A stretch of 45,409 bases of DNA, taken from an uncultured Hyphomonas sp. GTDB lineage: Bacteria; Pseudomonadota; Alphaproteobacteria; Caulobacterales; Hyphomonadaceae. The stretch covers positions 1 to 45,409 of the forward strand of contig CAYUFN010000003.1 in the NCBI GenBank assembly GCA_964443965.1, read 5' to 3'. Position numbers and translations under genes: made by a program. The notes below the pieces were generated by a model. The model had not been told where the DNA came from. It saw only the letters and a list, made by a program, of their open reading frames with translations, and ran no database searches. Position 1 is the stretch's first letter. Every line of letters starts with the position of its first letter. Positions 45,218-45,409 of this stretch are shown piece after piece.

Positions 45218-45409
45218 ACAAAGTTTAAGAGGCTTGCGCATAATTTCCCTCCTGCGTCTTTGCACGGCCCCGACCGTGCAATCTATCTCTTGTGACTTAC
45301 ATCGGGTGATGGGTCCCACGGGCGGGGCCGTGGGAGGACTCCAAGAGGAGATTAGGTTTTGTATCTTCCAGCACGCGCATCCGCGCGCAAGCATAAGCAT
45401 GCGTCGGGC

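Noticed and set aside
45047-45400. 117-aa minus-strand ORF upstream of xerC, including a 64-aa sub-frame (ATG at 45241) with a GGAGGG Shine-Dalgarno
   Set aside because: The frame runs straight through the palindromic element and GC hairpins. The product is low-complexity (PGP, RRRR, KKGG). It is more likely a repeat or structured-RNA region. The strong Shine-Dalgarno is noted but is insufficient evidence.
1-45409. CRISPR arrays, rRNA genes, IS elements, toxin-antitoxin pairs, known defence systems
   Set aside because: I saw no regularly spaced direct repeats and no transposase, Cas, restriction or abortive-infection signatures in any of the listed ORFs or intergenic regions.

Overview
This window looks like a chromosomal segment of a moderate-GC alphaproteobacterium. 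The evidence is AddAB instead of RecBCD, trpF-trpB-trpA-accD-folC synteny, a tsaE-amgK-murU-addB-addA-trxA block and a DUF2794 gene. Most of it is housekeeping: ruvA (5' tip) and ruvC, msrB, acs, acnA, a four-gene ABC/GldG-like/DUF4340 operon, DUF2794, an NhaC-family transporter, msrA and tRNA-Ser(GGA). The remaining housekeeping genes are trpFBA, accD, folC, a TadG-like vWA protein, a family-5-like uracil-DNA glycosylase preceded by an orphan ACP, an M28 peptidase, trxA, addAB, murU/amgK-like genes, tsaE and xerC. I saw no rRNA, CRISPR array, IS element, transposase or phage integrase. The one large accessory block is 14416..25238, between tRNA-Ser and trpF. It holds four co-oriented genes, all with Sec signal peptides. 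They encode a 160-aa single DUF11-like domain protein, a 434-aa DUF11-ending protein, a 1692-aa giant protein and a 1183-aa protein. The giant protein has N-terminal Ig-like/CnaB-like/DUF11 modules and a C-terminal ~830-aa region that looks like an outer-membrane beta-barrel. The 1183-aa protein has three DUF11-like modules and a GEVED-motif domain. No chaperone, sortase, ATPase or known secretion component is encoded nearby. I propose this as a candidate undescribed surface-fibre/adhesin assembly system. Secondary observations are an orphan minus-strand intrinsic terminator (possible sRNA) at about 10.73 kb, a Tat-lipoprotein MsrB, a 685-bp AT-rich gene-free gap, a possible 47-aa membrane peptide between trpA and accD, an ACP-UDG gene pair, and palindromic/hairpin repeats upstream of xerC. 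All domain calls come from reading motifs by eye; no searches were run.
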